Positions 40,444-55,738 are shown, numbered from the stretch's first letter. The stretch is DNA of 64,000 nucleotides from Octopus vulgaris (GCA_951406725.2 OX597822.1:103788001-103852000), one strand, 5' to 3'. Notes: a model not told the origin generated them from the sequence alone. Translations and numbers: made by a program.

Positions 40444-40927
40444 ATTGCAACCGCTGAACATTTTGGATCTAGAATTCAGCAGTGAGTTGAAGTCCTTAGA
40501 TCTGAAAAGGACCTTAGTTTCAGCTACGCATATATATGTATATAATGTATATAATTCTGGGACTCAACTTATGTACCACATTCAGCTGAATCTAAATTTT
40601 TGCTGAAGTCATCTACCATACTCAATGTATATATATATTATAATATCAAAAGTAAGAGAATGGAGAGATTCAATGGATATAAATTAATTTATTAGCATTT
40701 TAATAAGGCCTACAATTGTTTCAATTCAAAACATTTTAATATAGGCCTAATGAGTCTGAAGATGATAAAATGGGCAGTAAACCAACTATAAATGCCAATA
40801 AACCGACTAAAACGATAGCTAAACAAAATATAAATAAAAATAATATGAATATAATAATAGATAATGATTATTGTAACCCTATAATAAACAAACATTTATT
40901 TGAAAATACGAAAGATCATAATAACAT

Positions 40928-42075
40928 TTGAAAAAATACATATCAAATCTAATTATAAGTTCACGGAAACTAATACTAAATGTAGAAATGATAAATAAAA
41001 ATTCTAGTAAAGCTGAAATTGATACGAATATGAATATCAATGATAATACTTGTAATATTCGTAAAAATGATAATAAAAGATACTCCCCTTACATGAATTC
41101 TGCTAAATCATATATAGATTATAATTGTCCAGATAAAGCCAATATTATATGGCTGATCGCTCCCTTTACAACGCAAATCAAAAACAACGTACTCAAATCT
41201 ATTTATAGATGTATTCAGAAACATTTCAATAAAGATAGTAAATATCGAGTAATAATAAATTCTACGTCTGTAAAAATCGGTTTTTTTTTTTCAAAGAATC
41301 TTTTAGGAATTATATCTTCAATTAATAACAAATGATTGGTTATTTTCTATAACAATCTATAACCAAAACAGTATGAGTAATGACAATGAAGTTAATGGAA
41401 ATAATATAGGTAAAACTTCTATTATTATTAAAGAATAATATGTTTTGAATGACACAACAATGCACTATAATACAAACAATGGACTATAATATTTGTTGTA
41501 GTTTAATGCTCCATAGTCTGATATGATATTCCGGAATAAGAATTCCTTCTTCAAGTATCCCTAGGAATTGATGGAGTCACTGCTATAATCGGTTTTCCAA
41601 CGGCTTTTGTCTTCTTTATTCTTTACAAACAATACACAATGCTTCAAACGAACTATCTATGATTTATGAAGTGAATGATACTTGTGATTGTAGGATTGAG
41701 GATGAATGTAAATTTAATAATTATTGTAAGCAAGATAACATAGTATACAGATGAATATTATATCGGATCAACCGAAAACCCCATAGAAAATGAATTGTTA
41801 AGCACAAATACAGCTTTAAAAGCAGACAAAACAAATGACAAATACTAGTCTAAGAAAATTTATATGGATGTTATAAGGCAATAATGAAACTTAGCAGCTT
41901 AAATGGGAAATTTAAGTCATGCTAGATTGTATAAAATTGCTGATAAGAGATGTCAGTTATGCATCACAATAATCTTCCAAATTCTGACTTCTAAACACAA
42001 ACTTCTTAATTCTCGTCAAGAGGCAATTACATCTTGTGTTTATTCCTCTAAATATGTTTTCAAGAAGTATAATTA
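40928..42075 (+). pseudogene. Penelope-like (Hydra-type) GIY-YIG endonuclease pseudogene without RT
   Basis: IIWLIAPF..KHFNK..INSTSVKIGF linker, then CDCR...C...C..NIVY, YYIGSTE, KWEI, RCQLC, LLNSRQE..SC; stops and frameshifts. Confidence 0.8.
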
Positions 42076-42698
42076 GAAAAAATAAAATTGAACATAATAA
42101 AACAATATATAAATATAATATAAAAAGTATAACTTGATTTAAAAAGCAATTTATAGAATGTAAACAATATAAATAATATGAATAATATATAATATAATAC
42201 TAAAAACATGTAATTGAAAATAATATTAATTATTAATTTTAATTGATAACCTTTATTAATTAATTAGCTGGTATAATACATAAAATTTAATACAAAATAT
42301 AGTACATCTATCAACAACACTAATTCATACAAAACTAAAATTGCATTCAACGTAATCATGTATAAACACATGTACACACATACACACATACGTAGATAAA
42401 TAAATAAATAATAATGCTAGATTATAACCGATGGCTTATATTTTCAAATAATTATACGCGCATGCACATATAAATATACTTATTTATATTTCGTTGATAA
42501 TCTTACCGTCAGATACACAATATATTGATGTCTATAGCGTTTTCTTGAGTCTTTTAAATGCATACATACTTCAACATACACAGACATAAATATAAGCATA
42601 ATAATACACGACTATAACGGTTGACTTGTATTTTAAAATAATTATACGCACAGGCATATATAAATAAACTGATTTGATTCGATAACTTTTTACTAACA

Positions 42699-42739
<41 letters not shown>

Positions 42740-43035
42740 GCACACGCACAAATTAATATAGACAATGTACATCCACATTTATAAGGGTTTTATTTTCATT
42801 TTATTTCTTACTATTTTTTTCATCTTATTTTGATTTTCATTTTTATCTTCCCCCACAAGTATTTTATTTTATTTTTTGTTTGTTTTGTATTTATTTTAGC
42901 ATTTTCATATTTATTTTTATTATTTTGATTTGTGTCTGTATATTTTAATTTTTTCCTGAATTATTTTATTGTCATGTATTTTTTTACTTTTTATTTTATT
43001 TTGTGTTTTCATATTTTATATCTCATATTTTATAT

Positions 43036-43200
43036 AGTTGAAATTTACAGAAAAACAAAAGACGAAGACAGGCGCATGAACAACAAGCAAATGTATTAGT
43101 TTGACGCTCGGGAAAAATGAAAAAGTCTTTTACGCTTCGAGCCTATGCTCTTCAACGGAAAGGAATTAGAGAAAATAAACAGAGCATGAAAAAAACCTGT
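43036..43200 (-). mobile_element. Family H1 terminus with mutated hammerhead at 43127-43162
   Basis: Minus: CTTT CCGTTGA A GAGC atag GCTC GAAG CG TA AAAG. Confidence 0.7.
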
Positions 43201-43569
43201 AGATTTCAGTGGAACAACATAGAATTATTAACACATGCATACACACACACACACTTGCTCTTTTTTCTTTAGACTGTCCTTTACTTGTATTCTTTTGACG
43301 CCTTAAGCAAGTTGATTTTTGTGTGGTAGCAGGTATGCGAAATAATAAATAGGTGCGGTTTAGATAGATCGCGGAAATAGTTGTTTAAGAGAGGAGAATA
43401 GGGAAGGAGAGAAGGAAATTGTGTTTTTAGAATGTGAATTGCTCAGAAAGTTTTTGAGGAGATTTTATTTTGGTTTGATGTGGGAAGTTTGGTATTGTTT
43501 AGGGTTCAGTTAAGTATAGGAGTACTGCAAAAGTAGGTGTGTTTAATTAAGGTCACGATACAAAGTTTT

Positions 43570-43970
43570 TTTTACGGTAAAGTTATCGTAAACAGCCACA
43601 CCTAATGTAGTATGGAGTATATGTTTTAATATGACCAAATTTAATCCTAGCTTAAATAAATATACATCTAGTTGTAACTGTAATAATACTGTGCAGTACC
43701 TTTTAGTTTCTAACTGTCTAGCTAAGAACATTGTATATAAATATATTGTTTATATACTGAGTGCTAAAAGAGTCTATATTGAACTCACGGATAATGATTT
43801 TAAAACGATTATTTCATTAACCATTCCTGTTGAAATCCTGATAGAAAATGTTCCACCTTCTTTTCTGAATATATTTATAAATTAAGAATAATAGTAATAT
43901 TTTCGATCTAAATTGGAACAGCACAAAAAAATATCGCATGAAAAAGAAACCCTTCGTTACTTGTATGCGG
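43570..43970 (+). pseudogene. Highly decayed Hydra-type GIY-YIG remnant
   Basis: ORF 43631-43885: SCNC...NCLAKNIVYK...VYIELTDNDFK. Confidence 0.65.
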
Positions 43971-44124
43971 GTAAAGTACGTTAAATATGTTTGCCAAGCT
44001 CCCCCCATTGAGTTAGAACTCTGAACACATCAATACATAAAATTCTAAAAATACTTTTAAAATATTGAGCCTGTCATCTTGCTAAAACAGGAAACTCATT
44101 AGATTTATTAAAATATCCAAAATA

Positions 44125-44542
44125 CCTATTTCTTTATTGCCCACAAGGGGCTAAACATAGAGAGGACAAACAATGACAGACATAGGTATTAAGTCAATTA
44201 CATCGACCCCAGTGCGTAACTGGTACTTAATTTATCGACCCCGAAATGGATGAAAGGCAAAGTTGACCTCGGCGGAATTTGAACTCAGAACGTAACGGCA
44301 GACGAAATACCTATTTCTTTATTACCCACAAGGAGCTAAACATAGAGGGGACAAACTAGGACAGACATAGGTATTAAGTTGATTACATCGACCCCAGTGC
44401 GGAACTGGTACTTAATTTATCGACCCCGAAAGGATGAAAGGCAAAGTCAACCTCGGCGGAATTTGAACTCACAACGTAACGACAGACGAAATACCGCTAA
44501 ATATTTCATCCGGCGTGCTAACGTTTCTGCCAGCTCGCCGCC
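44125..44542 (-). mobile_element. Nin/Deu-type SINE with tandem duplication of its 3' ~185 bp
   Basis: Two consecutive tail copies joined at GACGAAATACC|TATTTC. Confidence 0.9.
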
Positions 44543-45696
44543 TTATGATTACTATTATTCTTACTATTATTCTGAGGGTATGCGGGTATTCTGAAATTAC
44601 TTCAAAGGAGTGACGACAGTGCCCTCCGTAGGAACGAGCTACCCTTTGACTAGGTACAACATCCGGGAAGCCATCTTGCGAAGAATGCAGCAAAGTCCTG
44701 AGATTGTAGTATGGCGGATTGTGAAGAGGCAGCGGAAGGGCTCAACTGAGCCAGCGGCGCTTCTTACATTGATTTTGAGCAAAGGATTCCTAGAAGATCA
44801 GCGGTCAGGATCCCCAAGCTCTATCAAGAGAGTAACTGCAACACATCCATACATCCATACATCCTCAGAGGTGGAGTCTTAGTTTGTGCAATCAGCTAAT
44901 GAAAGATTTGTCATGATTCAAGCACCCAATTCAAATATGAATTATAGAATTGTTCATGGTAAAGGGTCATGAGAATCCGTCCCCTGCAACTAACCCCATT
45001 TTTCAAATTATTAATTGCTTCATTACGAAATCAACGTCTTCATTAATGACTTTTCGTTCCCTAAATTATTCTTAATGATTATTTGCATTTCCTATTCTAT
45101 TCGATATTGATTTTTGAATTCTTAATTATGTACAAAATTCATGTTGATATTCTGAGTGATGCATTCATGCACATAATTTCGAGCTATTTGATATTTATTA
45201 ATTTAGAGATTTATTTATTTGTGTTTGAAGTGAATAAGAATGTCTATTGACATTTGCTTTAATGTTTCTCAGCGAAATTTTTAAAAAACAGTAATTTAAA
45301 GATTTAAAATTGATCATAGGTTTTCTAATATATATTGTGTTGTGCTTCTGTACATCTTAATTAGTTAAATATGTCATAGTATTCAATTTAGACTACACAT
45401 TACGGCTAAGTTCTAATCCGTTCCAATTTGCATAAGGATTAGTTGCTTAATTTAAATAGGGATTTACTTATTCTTCTATATTGAACAGAAGAATGAGGGG
45501 GTATTTTTCTTTACTCAGTGAGAAGTTTTACACTATGAATGTATATGCATGTGGGATTTCTTGCATTCGGGTGTGTAATGGTCTAACCCCAAAAGTAGTC
45601 GGATTTGTGAGCTGGAGATATTATGTAGAAGACAAGGAGCCTCTGGGATTGGGAGTCGAATACATATTATCGTGTATGAGTGTTTACAGATGTATA

Positions 45697-45868
45697 GGCG
45701 CAGGAGTGGCTGTGGGGTAAGTAGCTTGCTAACCAACCACATGGTTCCGAGTTCAGTCCCACTGCGTGGCATCTTGGGCAAGTGTCTTCTGCTATAGCCT
45801 CGGGCCGACCAAAGCCTTGTGAGTGGATTTGGTAGACGGAAACTGAAAGAAGCCTGTCGTATATATAT

Positions 45869-45900
<32 letters not shown>

Positions 45901-46110
45901 ATGTCTGTGTTTGTCCCTCTAGCATTGATTGACAACCGATGCTGGTGTGTTTACGTCCCCGTCACTTAGCGGTTCGGCAAAAGAGACCAACAGAATAAGT
46001 ACTGGGCTTACAAAGAATAAGTCCCCGGGTCGATTTGCTCGACTAAAGGCGGTGCTCCAGCATGGCCGCAGTCAAAATGACTGAAACAAGTAAAAGAGAA
46101 AGAGAAAGAG
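45697..46110 (+). mobile_element. Full-length OK-like SINE
   Basis: GGCGCAGGAGTGGCTGTG head to (AAAAGAG)n tail. Confidence 0.93.
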
Positions 46111-46732
46111 TATGTTTTGTTCTGAGAGATAATTGTTCGCGCGATACTTCCTTGTGTGTGCGTGGGTTAGTTTTCAGAACAATCGTAGCATTTCAAGGTA
46201 AACTACCTTACCTCTCTGTGTAAGAATAATAATACGGATTTTTACATCTGTTAAAAGTTTGAAAAGCTTAAAACTGCGACATAACCAATTAAAATATATT
46301 TTAGGTTTGCTCGCTGTGTGGTACTCGAATATCTTCTAAGATATATTTTCATATATTTTTATGCATATATGTTTGTAAACACACATGCAAATATGTATGT
46401 ATATATGTACGTTTGTATGTATGCATGCTTGCATATATGTGTGTTTGAGCGTGAATGTACATGTATATGTGTACCCGAGTGGGATTGATGTTTGATTGGG
46501 AAAATCTTTATTCAAATAAATACACATTGTAAGTGGGCAATAGCGAGAATGTATTTATCTTCAATGAGCAAACCGGGTGGGAACTTAATATTTCAGCAGA
46601 TAAGGAGGGAATAGATTAAAATCTCCGTCTTCGAATGACAGAAACCCTTAGGAGTGTGATTGTTCATACGTAACATATCTATCATACATGTTTGGGTTGC
46701 ATTGGCTCATCTTGCATTGATATTTTGGCGCT

Positions 46733-46885
<153 letters not shown>

Positions 46886-46904
46886 ATATATATGTATATA
46901 TGTG

Positions 46905-47225
46905 AAGGCGCGTGGTTTAGTGGTTAGGGCATTCGTCTCACGATTGTAAGGTCGTGAGTTCGATTCCCGGCGACGCGTTGTGTCCTTGAGCAAGGCACTT
47001 TAATTCCCGTTGCTCCAGTCCACTCAGCTGGCAAAAATGAGTTGTACCTGTATTTCAAAGGGTCAGCCTTGTCACTCTCTGTGTCACGCTGATTATCCCC
47101 GAGAACTACGTTAAGGGTACTCGTGTCTGTGGAGTGTTCAGCCACTTGCACGTTAATTTCACGAGCAGGCTGTTCTGTTGATCGTATCAGCTGGGACCCT
47201 CGTCGTCGTAACCGACGGAGTGCTC
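46905..47225 (+). mobile_element. Full-length OR2-like CORE SINE, tail A
   Basis: A/B boxes, GTGTCCTTGAGCAAGGCACTT CORE-like block, tail shared with 18324-18705. Confidence 0.9.
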
Positions 47226-47289
<64 letters not shown>

Positions 47290-47323
47290 CATTAAATATA
47301 TATATATGGTGTGGTAATTGTGC

Positions 47324-47410
47324 GCGGCTGAAGAAGGCTATTGACATACATGTTACATCAATTATGCATTGATATAAACTGTCCAATAAAGCCAGAAACA
47401 TATGTACCGC
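47324..47410 (+). ncRNA. Canonical-core hammerhead in ~230-bp (TA)n-flanked element 47287-47517
   Basis: GCGG CTGAAGA A GGCT attg..caat aa AGCC A GAAA CATATG TA CCGC. Confidence 0.85.
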
Positions 47411-47514
47411 TAAATCCTTGCATCCTGCTTTTCTTTTGATAAATATACCCTATCACCTACACCACTAACTGGCATATACAGGTGCTTACAGTTATCAAGT
47501 ATTCACCCTGAATT

Positions 47515-47583
<69 letters not shown>

Positions 47584-47589
47584 ACCATC

Positions 47590-47839
47590 ATCATCACGTG
47601 ACCGACCAGTCCATCAGATGTAGTTACACATCGTTGGTCACAATGCGTTCGCATTGTTTTAGCCTTCGAATGAGCTGCCCAACAGAAGAAAGAGTGGGAG
47701 AAAGAGTGGTGAAAGAGTACAGCAGGGATCACCACCCCCTGGAGCTTTTAGGTGTTTTCGCTCAATAAACACTCACAACGCCCGGTCTGGGAATCGAAAC
47801 TGCGAGTCCGCTGCCCTAACCACCTGGCCATTGCGCCTC

Positions 47840-47840
<1 letters not shown>
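47590..47840 (-). mobile_element. OR1-like head SINE with tail C, internally deleted
   Basis: Reverse complement of 38954-39253 with deletions. Confidence 0.82.
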
Positions 47841-47896
<56 letters not shown>

Positions 47897-47902
47897 GGTG
47901 TG

Positions 47903-47937
<35 letters not shown>

Positions 47938-49999
47938 TGTGCTAATATATATATATATTTATATATATATATGTATGTATATATATAAAATCGTGTATTA
48001 ACAAACGTATACACACATATATTTGCATAAGTATATATAAAGTATATACCTTTATAATATCACCCTTCCCAGCTGCTTCTCATATATTCGCTATTTCCTC
48101 TCTCCCGTTTTAGTTATGATAATTAAATCTTGAATGATACATTTGTGTGTGTGTTTTGAACTACACATGCATATAAAAAAAACACATACACTCACATAGA
48201 CAAACACACATACACACATACATACAGACACATATTTATTACATGTAAGATTCAAATACGAGTTACTACAAGGTTCACACCTCTAATAATACAATAATCG
48301 GATGAACTTGTATGCCATGCTGTGTATTAATTGGCAATTATCCAAGCCCAAAATGCAACATGGCTTCTCGCTGCGAAAAACGCACGAAAATGTGAGAAAG
48401 AACAAGACAAAAATGGAATTGGCGGGTTAAGAATTGTGTCCTTTTTATCCCGCTGGGGTGGAATTTAATAATGGTTTGTGTAATTAATTTGACGGAAAAA
48501 GTTAAAATATGTGACACTTTATATTTAATCCGGAGGGAGTAGTATTTTCCTGTTCTATGATAGAAACTTATACTTTTGCATTTAGTGAAAGTCTTAGATA
48601 TACAATGGATAATAGTTATTTCAACTATACAAAACCTGCACCATTTTGACTCATTTACGTATGTAGTGGATCATTCTACTCTGCAACACTTAATGTTGTG
48701 TAGGATATTATTGGAGTTCAGGTCGCAGATATAGCTAGCTTCGCGATTTTTTCTTCTCTACATGTCGGAAAGAAGACTGGTGGCTGGCATAAATGTTTTG
48801 AAATCACTTTCGCATAGACGAGTATGCTTCTTTTTATGATTCGTTTCTTTGTAGGATTGAGGTGATCTGAGTTTCATAAATCACTGAGCTAAGCATGCAT
48901 GCCTGGGTGGATGGGTAAGTGTCCGTGTCTCTACACTTACATTTTTGAGTAGGCACTTGTGACTTACGTGTAATAATATATTTCACATTAGAGTAGCAGT
49001 TGTAAGAAAGTCTCACTGAACGTTTATAAGAAAGTTTCTCGTATATATGACTAACCGAGAATTGCTTATCTATCAGAGCACGGAATCATGAAGCTACGTT
49101 TGTCTAACATTTAAAAATAAAAGGGGAAGGAACAATATAGTCACCCTAGGTTTATTTTTAGGCCTCCTACTTTTTATAGTACGTGTGTAAACTATCTTCT
49201 CTTTGAAGCCACTGTTAGCCAGGATTTTTGATTATAGTAAAGGACTGTCATAGAATATTTCCTTACAGGAGGCGAGATTAAATATTTCATTACTGATATT
49301 TGCCGTAAGGTTTGTAAAAATAATGGTTCAGAGTCGGTCAAAATATCAGAACCAGAAGGAATGTCTATGCATCAATGGATCGTATAACCATTAATATTTG
49401 TCTTCTGGTTGGTCTATATATATTTGAGATCAACCACTAAGTTACCCAGTCGAAAATAACCCACAACGACGCATGAACTAGAGCGTCTACGCCATATTTC
49501 AATCTGTCAAGGAGGTGTAACCTGTGAATAGTCGAAAGAGGTGAATGCAAACTAAATACAAAAATACGATGTTTCTATAATCGAACTGGAAAATATCACC
49601 CTCTGCGGATTAAACAGTCACATAAACTTGAAGCTTTATCTGTCGAATTAACTACACCCACCATTGTTGTTTCTAATGTTTCCTCTTCTAATGAACCAAA
49701 GGGAAAAACTGTTATCTTCCTTCCCTCCATGCTGTTTTATGTTTCAATTCTTTCATCAATATTTTCCATTTTTATCGTTTATTTTTCGTGCTTTTTTTCT
49801 GAGTGCAGACATGTTTTATTTTGAATCAGAACGATTGCCTGATAATACAGAACATGCCATACAAGCTCACCTGCCTTTTGTATCTTTAGAGACATAGAAC
49901 TTGTAGTATACCGCTTTTCAATCCGATATACATTAAATGACATTTATCTATTACTGGATGGAGAACAGTATTTTGATCCCACAGATAACGAAACAGTAG

Positions 50000-50063
<64 letters not shown>

Positions 50064-50065
<2 letters not shown>

Positions 50066-50298
50066 GGGGGAATTCACAAAAAAAAAACAAAAGACGAAGA
50101 CGGGTGGTGTAGACAACAAATAGATGTATTAGTATTACGCTCGGGAAATGAAAAAGTCTTTAGCGTTTCGAACCTACGCTCTTCCATAGAAAGGAACACA
50201 GAAAGAAGCAAGGAGAGAAAATAAAGAATGTGTAGCGGCTAGCGATCTATCATGGCGAAGGCCGGCGATAAGGGTCACACAGGAGAGTTAGGAAGTAG

Positions 50299-50300
<2 letters not shown>
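50064..50300 (-). mobile_element. Family H1 TA-flanked element, degenerate hammerhead at 50158-50193
   Basis: Minus: CTTT CTATGGA A GAGC gtag GTTC GAAA CG CT AAAG. Confidence 0.7.
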
Positions 50301-50387
<87 letters not shown>

Positions 50388-50420
50388 ATACATATATATA
50401 TATAAACATATACATATGTT

Positions 50421-51533
<1,113 letters not shown>

Positions 51534-51641
51534 TACAGACATACATAGTTATCCATACGCACATATGAGTGTGTATATGCTTTTATAGGTAAGTATGCGA
51601 GCGCATGTAAAATTATGTGGGTGTATATGTATATGCATATG

Positions 51642-51713
<72 letters not shown>

Positions 51714-51878
51714 ATAAAGGATCGTGGGTAATGTCAAAACAATGCGAAGTAAATATGCAAGGAAAATCACAAGAAAACAAATATGCGAATTAATGTAGAT
51801 TTACAATTTAGTCAATATTTCGGGGTTATGACCCCATTTTCTAGAAATTGACGATTGTTGCGTTGTCGTAATTATTCC

Positions 51879-51930
<52 letters not shown>

Positions 51931-51933
<3 letters not shown>

Positions 51934-52321
51934 TTTTACTCTTTTTACTTGTTTCAGTCATTTTGACTGCGGCCATGCTGGAGCACCGCCTTTAGTCGAG
52001 CAAGTCGACCCCGGGACTTATTCTTTGTAAGCCCAGTACTTATTCTATCGGCCTCTTTTGCCGAACTGCTAAGTGACGGGGACGTAAACACACCAGCATC
52101 GGTTGTCAAGCAATGCTAGGGGGACAAACACACACACACACATACATATATATATACACATATACGACAGGCTTCTTTCAGTTTCCGTCTACCAAATCCA
52201 CTCACAAGGCATTGGTCGGCCCGGGGCTATAGCAGAAGACACTTGCCCAAGATGCCACGCAGTGGGACTGAACCCGGAACCATGTGGTTGGTTAGCAAGC
52301 TACTTACCACACAGCCACTCC
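51931..52321 (-). mobile_element. OK-like SINE
   Basis: Near-identical to 24415-24825. Confidence 0.92.
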
Positions 52322-52413
52322 ATGTATGTATATATATATATATACATACATATATATATACACCCTTAGACTAGCATATGCATTTATATATAAGTATATT
52401 TATATATATGTAC

Positions 52414-52457
<44 letters not shown>

Positions 52458-52721
52458 TTATATATGAATATTTTTGTATGTATTTATCTATATCTATTAT
52501 ACTATCTACCTCTCTGTTTATCCACCTGTCTGTCTACATGATTATTTTTTTGGGATATATTGTTCTACAACGTTAAGACGTGATGAATACTTTATGCATA
52601 CTTGCCTAATACAATATTCTGTATTGCTTCTTATATTTTTCTGAAGGCATGACTAAGAATGAAAATATATGAATATATACAATGAATATACATGCACTGG
52701 GAAGTTATGTCTGCGTGAGTG

Positions 52722-52784
<63 letters not shown>

Positions 52785-53119
52785 GCATGTATACTCCATA
52801 ATACAAATGTAGAGTCACGCATCTCTCCCCACACACATATACATACTAATATACATATGTGTGTGTGCTGGCGCGCATGTTCGTTAGAATTTTATTTTGA
52901 GACATTAAGTCTGGCAATTAATTCAAGGAAAATCTTCACATGTTTCATGGATTTGACTTATGTACGTGTGTGTTTATATGACTTTTCCACATATGCAAAT
53001 ATAGAATTTAGTAAAATTGAGAGAGTCGGTTTAAAAGTCGTAGATTTACAATTACTCGTTCGCCATTATTATAAAGAAAAATATAGTTTTTTTTTTCCAC
53101 GGTAATATATTTTGCTGAT

Positions 53120-53320
53120 ACAGCGACAAGATGGCATACTTTTTAGTGCGTCGGACAAAATGCTTTGCGGCAATCCTTCCAGCTCTTTACATGCTCAGTT
53201 CAGGTTCCATCAATGCCGACTTTAATTTTCATCCGACGAAATAAAATACCAGGCAAGTACAGAGACCGATGTAATCGACTAACTCCACCTAAATTGCGGC
53301 CAATGTGCCAAAACTTAAAA
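53120..53320 (+). mobile_element. Old Nin/Deu-type SINE
   Basis: Diverged CAGTTCAGGTTCC..GACTTT..TTTCATCC..GATGTAATCGACTAA. Confidence 0.55.
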
Positions 53321-53496
53321 CAATCTCATAATGATTCTGCATAATCCTACGTTACTTAGCCCGTCTGTAACGCTTTCAAATGACTAGTTGAACGGAAAGA
53401 AAAAGGAAAGAAAAAAGAGGGTAAGGCGAAGAGGGAGAGGGAAAGCGGGAGAGTGTTCTGTATTAAGTCTATAAAACTAAGCATAAAGTATATGAA

Positions 53497-53550
<54 letters not shown>

Positions 53551-53713
53551 CGTGCATTAAATAATCATCGTATTTCAATTACTTTCTCCTTTCAGTGATT
53601 AGCAGATGAGCGACTATCATTCGATACTGACACAACACAGGTTACGCTTTTAGGATTTTTTGGATAAAGTCTTCAAAACTATCTGAAAACTTTGTCTCAA
53701 TACGTTTACCATT

Positions 53714-54140
53714 GTGACGATGAGTGTGGGGCTGAAAATGAATGAGATTAAGACGAACTATCTAGTAGAGAACATTAAGAAGCCAGAGAAGGTTATAAAT
53801 ATAGGCGGAAAGCCACTAGAGTTGGTTGAGAACTTCGTGTATTTGGGAGCAAAGATTGAGAACACAAAGGGTGGTAAAATTGAGAAGAAGAGCAAAGCCT
53901 GGATCATATGCTACAGTTTGAGATCTGTATGGAAGCCAACCTTCGTAAAGACGTAAAGATCCGTCTCTTCGTTGCTGCAGTGGAGTCAGTGCTGCTGTAC
54001 AGGTCTGAGACTTGGGTACTAACCAAGAAACTCACTCAGATGGTGGGTGGGTGCTACACAAGAATGGTGAGGATGGCTTTGAACATTAATCAGTATACAC
54101 TGAAGATGAAGAACTCATAACTGTACGAGAGACCCCCCCA
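53714..54140 (+). mobile_element. RTE-clade LINE ORF2 fragment
   Basis: VGLKMNEIKT..LELVENFVYLG..KIRLFVAAVESVLLYRSETWVLTKK..GCYTRMVRMALNI. Confidence 0.85.
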
Positions 54141-54182
54141 AGTTAGCTCTATCTCTCTCTCTCTCTATATATATATATATAC

Positions 54183-54225
<43 letters not shown>

Positions 54226-54253
54226 CATATGTATATGTGCATATATATGTATG

Positions 54254-54339
<86 letters not shown>

Positions 54340-54343
<4 letters not shown>

Positions 54344-55575
54344 GCTGAGTAAAAAGTTAGCAACGTTTTGAAACATGAAATTCATCACAATATATTTCAA
54401 CAATGCAGTAATTTTATTCATCGAAGGAGGTACCATTATAATCAACAAACTTTTGCTAACGAGTTACAAGTTTGTTTATTCCGATACCATAAATTCCGGA
54501 GCTGATGAACTCTTTGAATGCACTTCCAGCATTAGTTTGATTTTTTAACTTCTTCTCTCGCAAGAAACTATCAAGGTTCTTGAAAAAGTGGTAGTTGGTA
54601 GGAGAAAGGTCTAGGGAATAAGATGGGTGGGGAAGAATCCCGTAGCCAAAATCCCTCAACTTCTGGAGCATCATTAATGAAAGGTTTGGTTGAGCATTGT
54701 CACGAAGAATTATTGGCCCTCTTCTGTTGACCAGTCTGGGAGGGAGGAGTAGCAGTGTTTCGTTCATTTTGGCAATTTCATGGAAATATGTTGTTGCAGT
54801 AATGGTTTTCCCGGGTTTTAAGAAGTTATAGCAGTACACCCACCCGCCAAACAGTCACCGTAACCTTCTTTTTGAAGAGTTCAGGTTTAGGGAAGGTTTT
54901 TGGTGTTTTATTTTGGCGCCTCATTATTGTACGGAATCCATTTTGCATCGCAAGTTAGAATGCGGTCGAGAAATGGTTCGGTCCAGTTACGGAGAGGAAA
55001 CGACAAGCAAATTTCAAATCTGTGCATCTTTCAAATTCTGCATTATTTCAAATCGTGGGGTACCCATTTGTCGAAATTTCTTGATTTTCTGATCACTTGC
55101 AAATGATTGCAGGCAGTTTGCTGGCTGACTTGAAGTTCTTTTTCCAGTTCTCGAGTGGGTTTTACGTGGATTTTTCTCAATTACGGTCTTTAATTGACTG
55201 GCATCGATGACAGATGGGCGTCCACTACGCTCACGATCTTTAAGGCTCAGGTTTCCACCGTGAAATCGTTTAAACCATTTTCGAACTGACCACTCACTGG
55301 TCATTTCATCACCAAACGTTTTGTTGATATCGCGTGCACTTTCAGCTGTTTACGTCCTTTTTTTGAAGTTGAACAGCAAAATTGCTCGAATATCGCGCTT
55401 CCATTTCAGATTATTGTAACAACGGTGAAAAAAATATCAATGCTAATTTATTGATGCATTTGGGCAATTCTACGCCTGTATTATCGAACAATTGCAAAAA
55501 AGAAAACGTCTAAACAAAAAAAAAACAAGGTACAAATTCTTCAGGGTTCAAAACATTGCTTACTTTTTACTCAAC

Positions 55576-55579
<4 letters not shown>
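54340..55579 (-). mobile_element. Full-length decayed mariner (DD34D) transposon
   Basis: TIRs TTAGGCTGAGTAAAAAGTTAGCAACGTTTTGAA / TTCAAAACATTGCTTACTTTTTACTCAACCTGA in (TA)n; WFKRF..RSGRP, DNA, HPSYSLDLSPTNYHFF. Confidence 0.93.
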
Positions 55580-55645
<66 letters not shown>

Positions 55646-55705
55646 TATGTATGCATCTACCTATCTATCTATTTCTCTCTCTTTCTCTCTCTCTATCTAT
55701 CTCTC

Positions 55706-55734
<29 letters not shown>

Positions 55735-55738
<4 letters not shown>

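Noticed and set aside
44610-44882. GC-richer 90-aa ORF
   Set aside because: May be a LINE ORF1 remnant, but there is no diagnostic motif or splice support.
48300-49960. Long non-repetitive stretch as possible host exon region (also 13850-14170, 33500-33940, 35900-36290)
   Set aside because: No recognisable protein similarity or convincing splice-bounded ORF; small exons cannot be excluded without RNA-seq.
51805-51850. Minus-strand GGGG-tcataa-CCCC GAAA TATT in a TA-flanked insert
   Set aside because: Core and stem I too degenerate to call, though possibly a decayed hammerhead.
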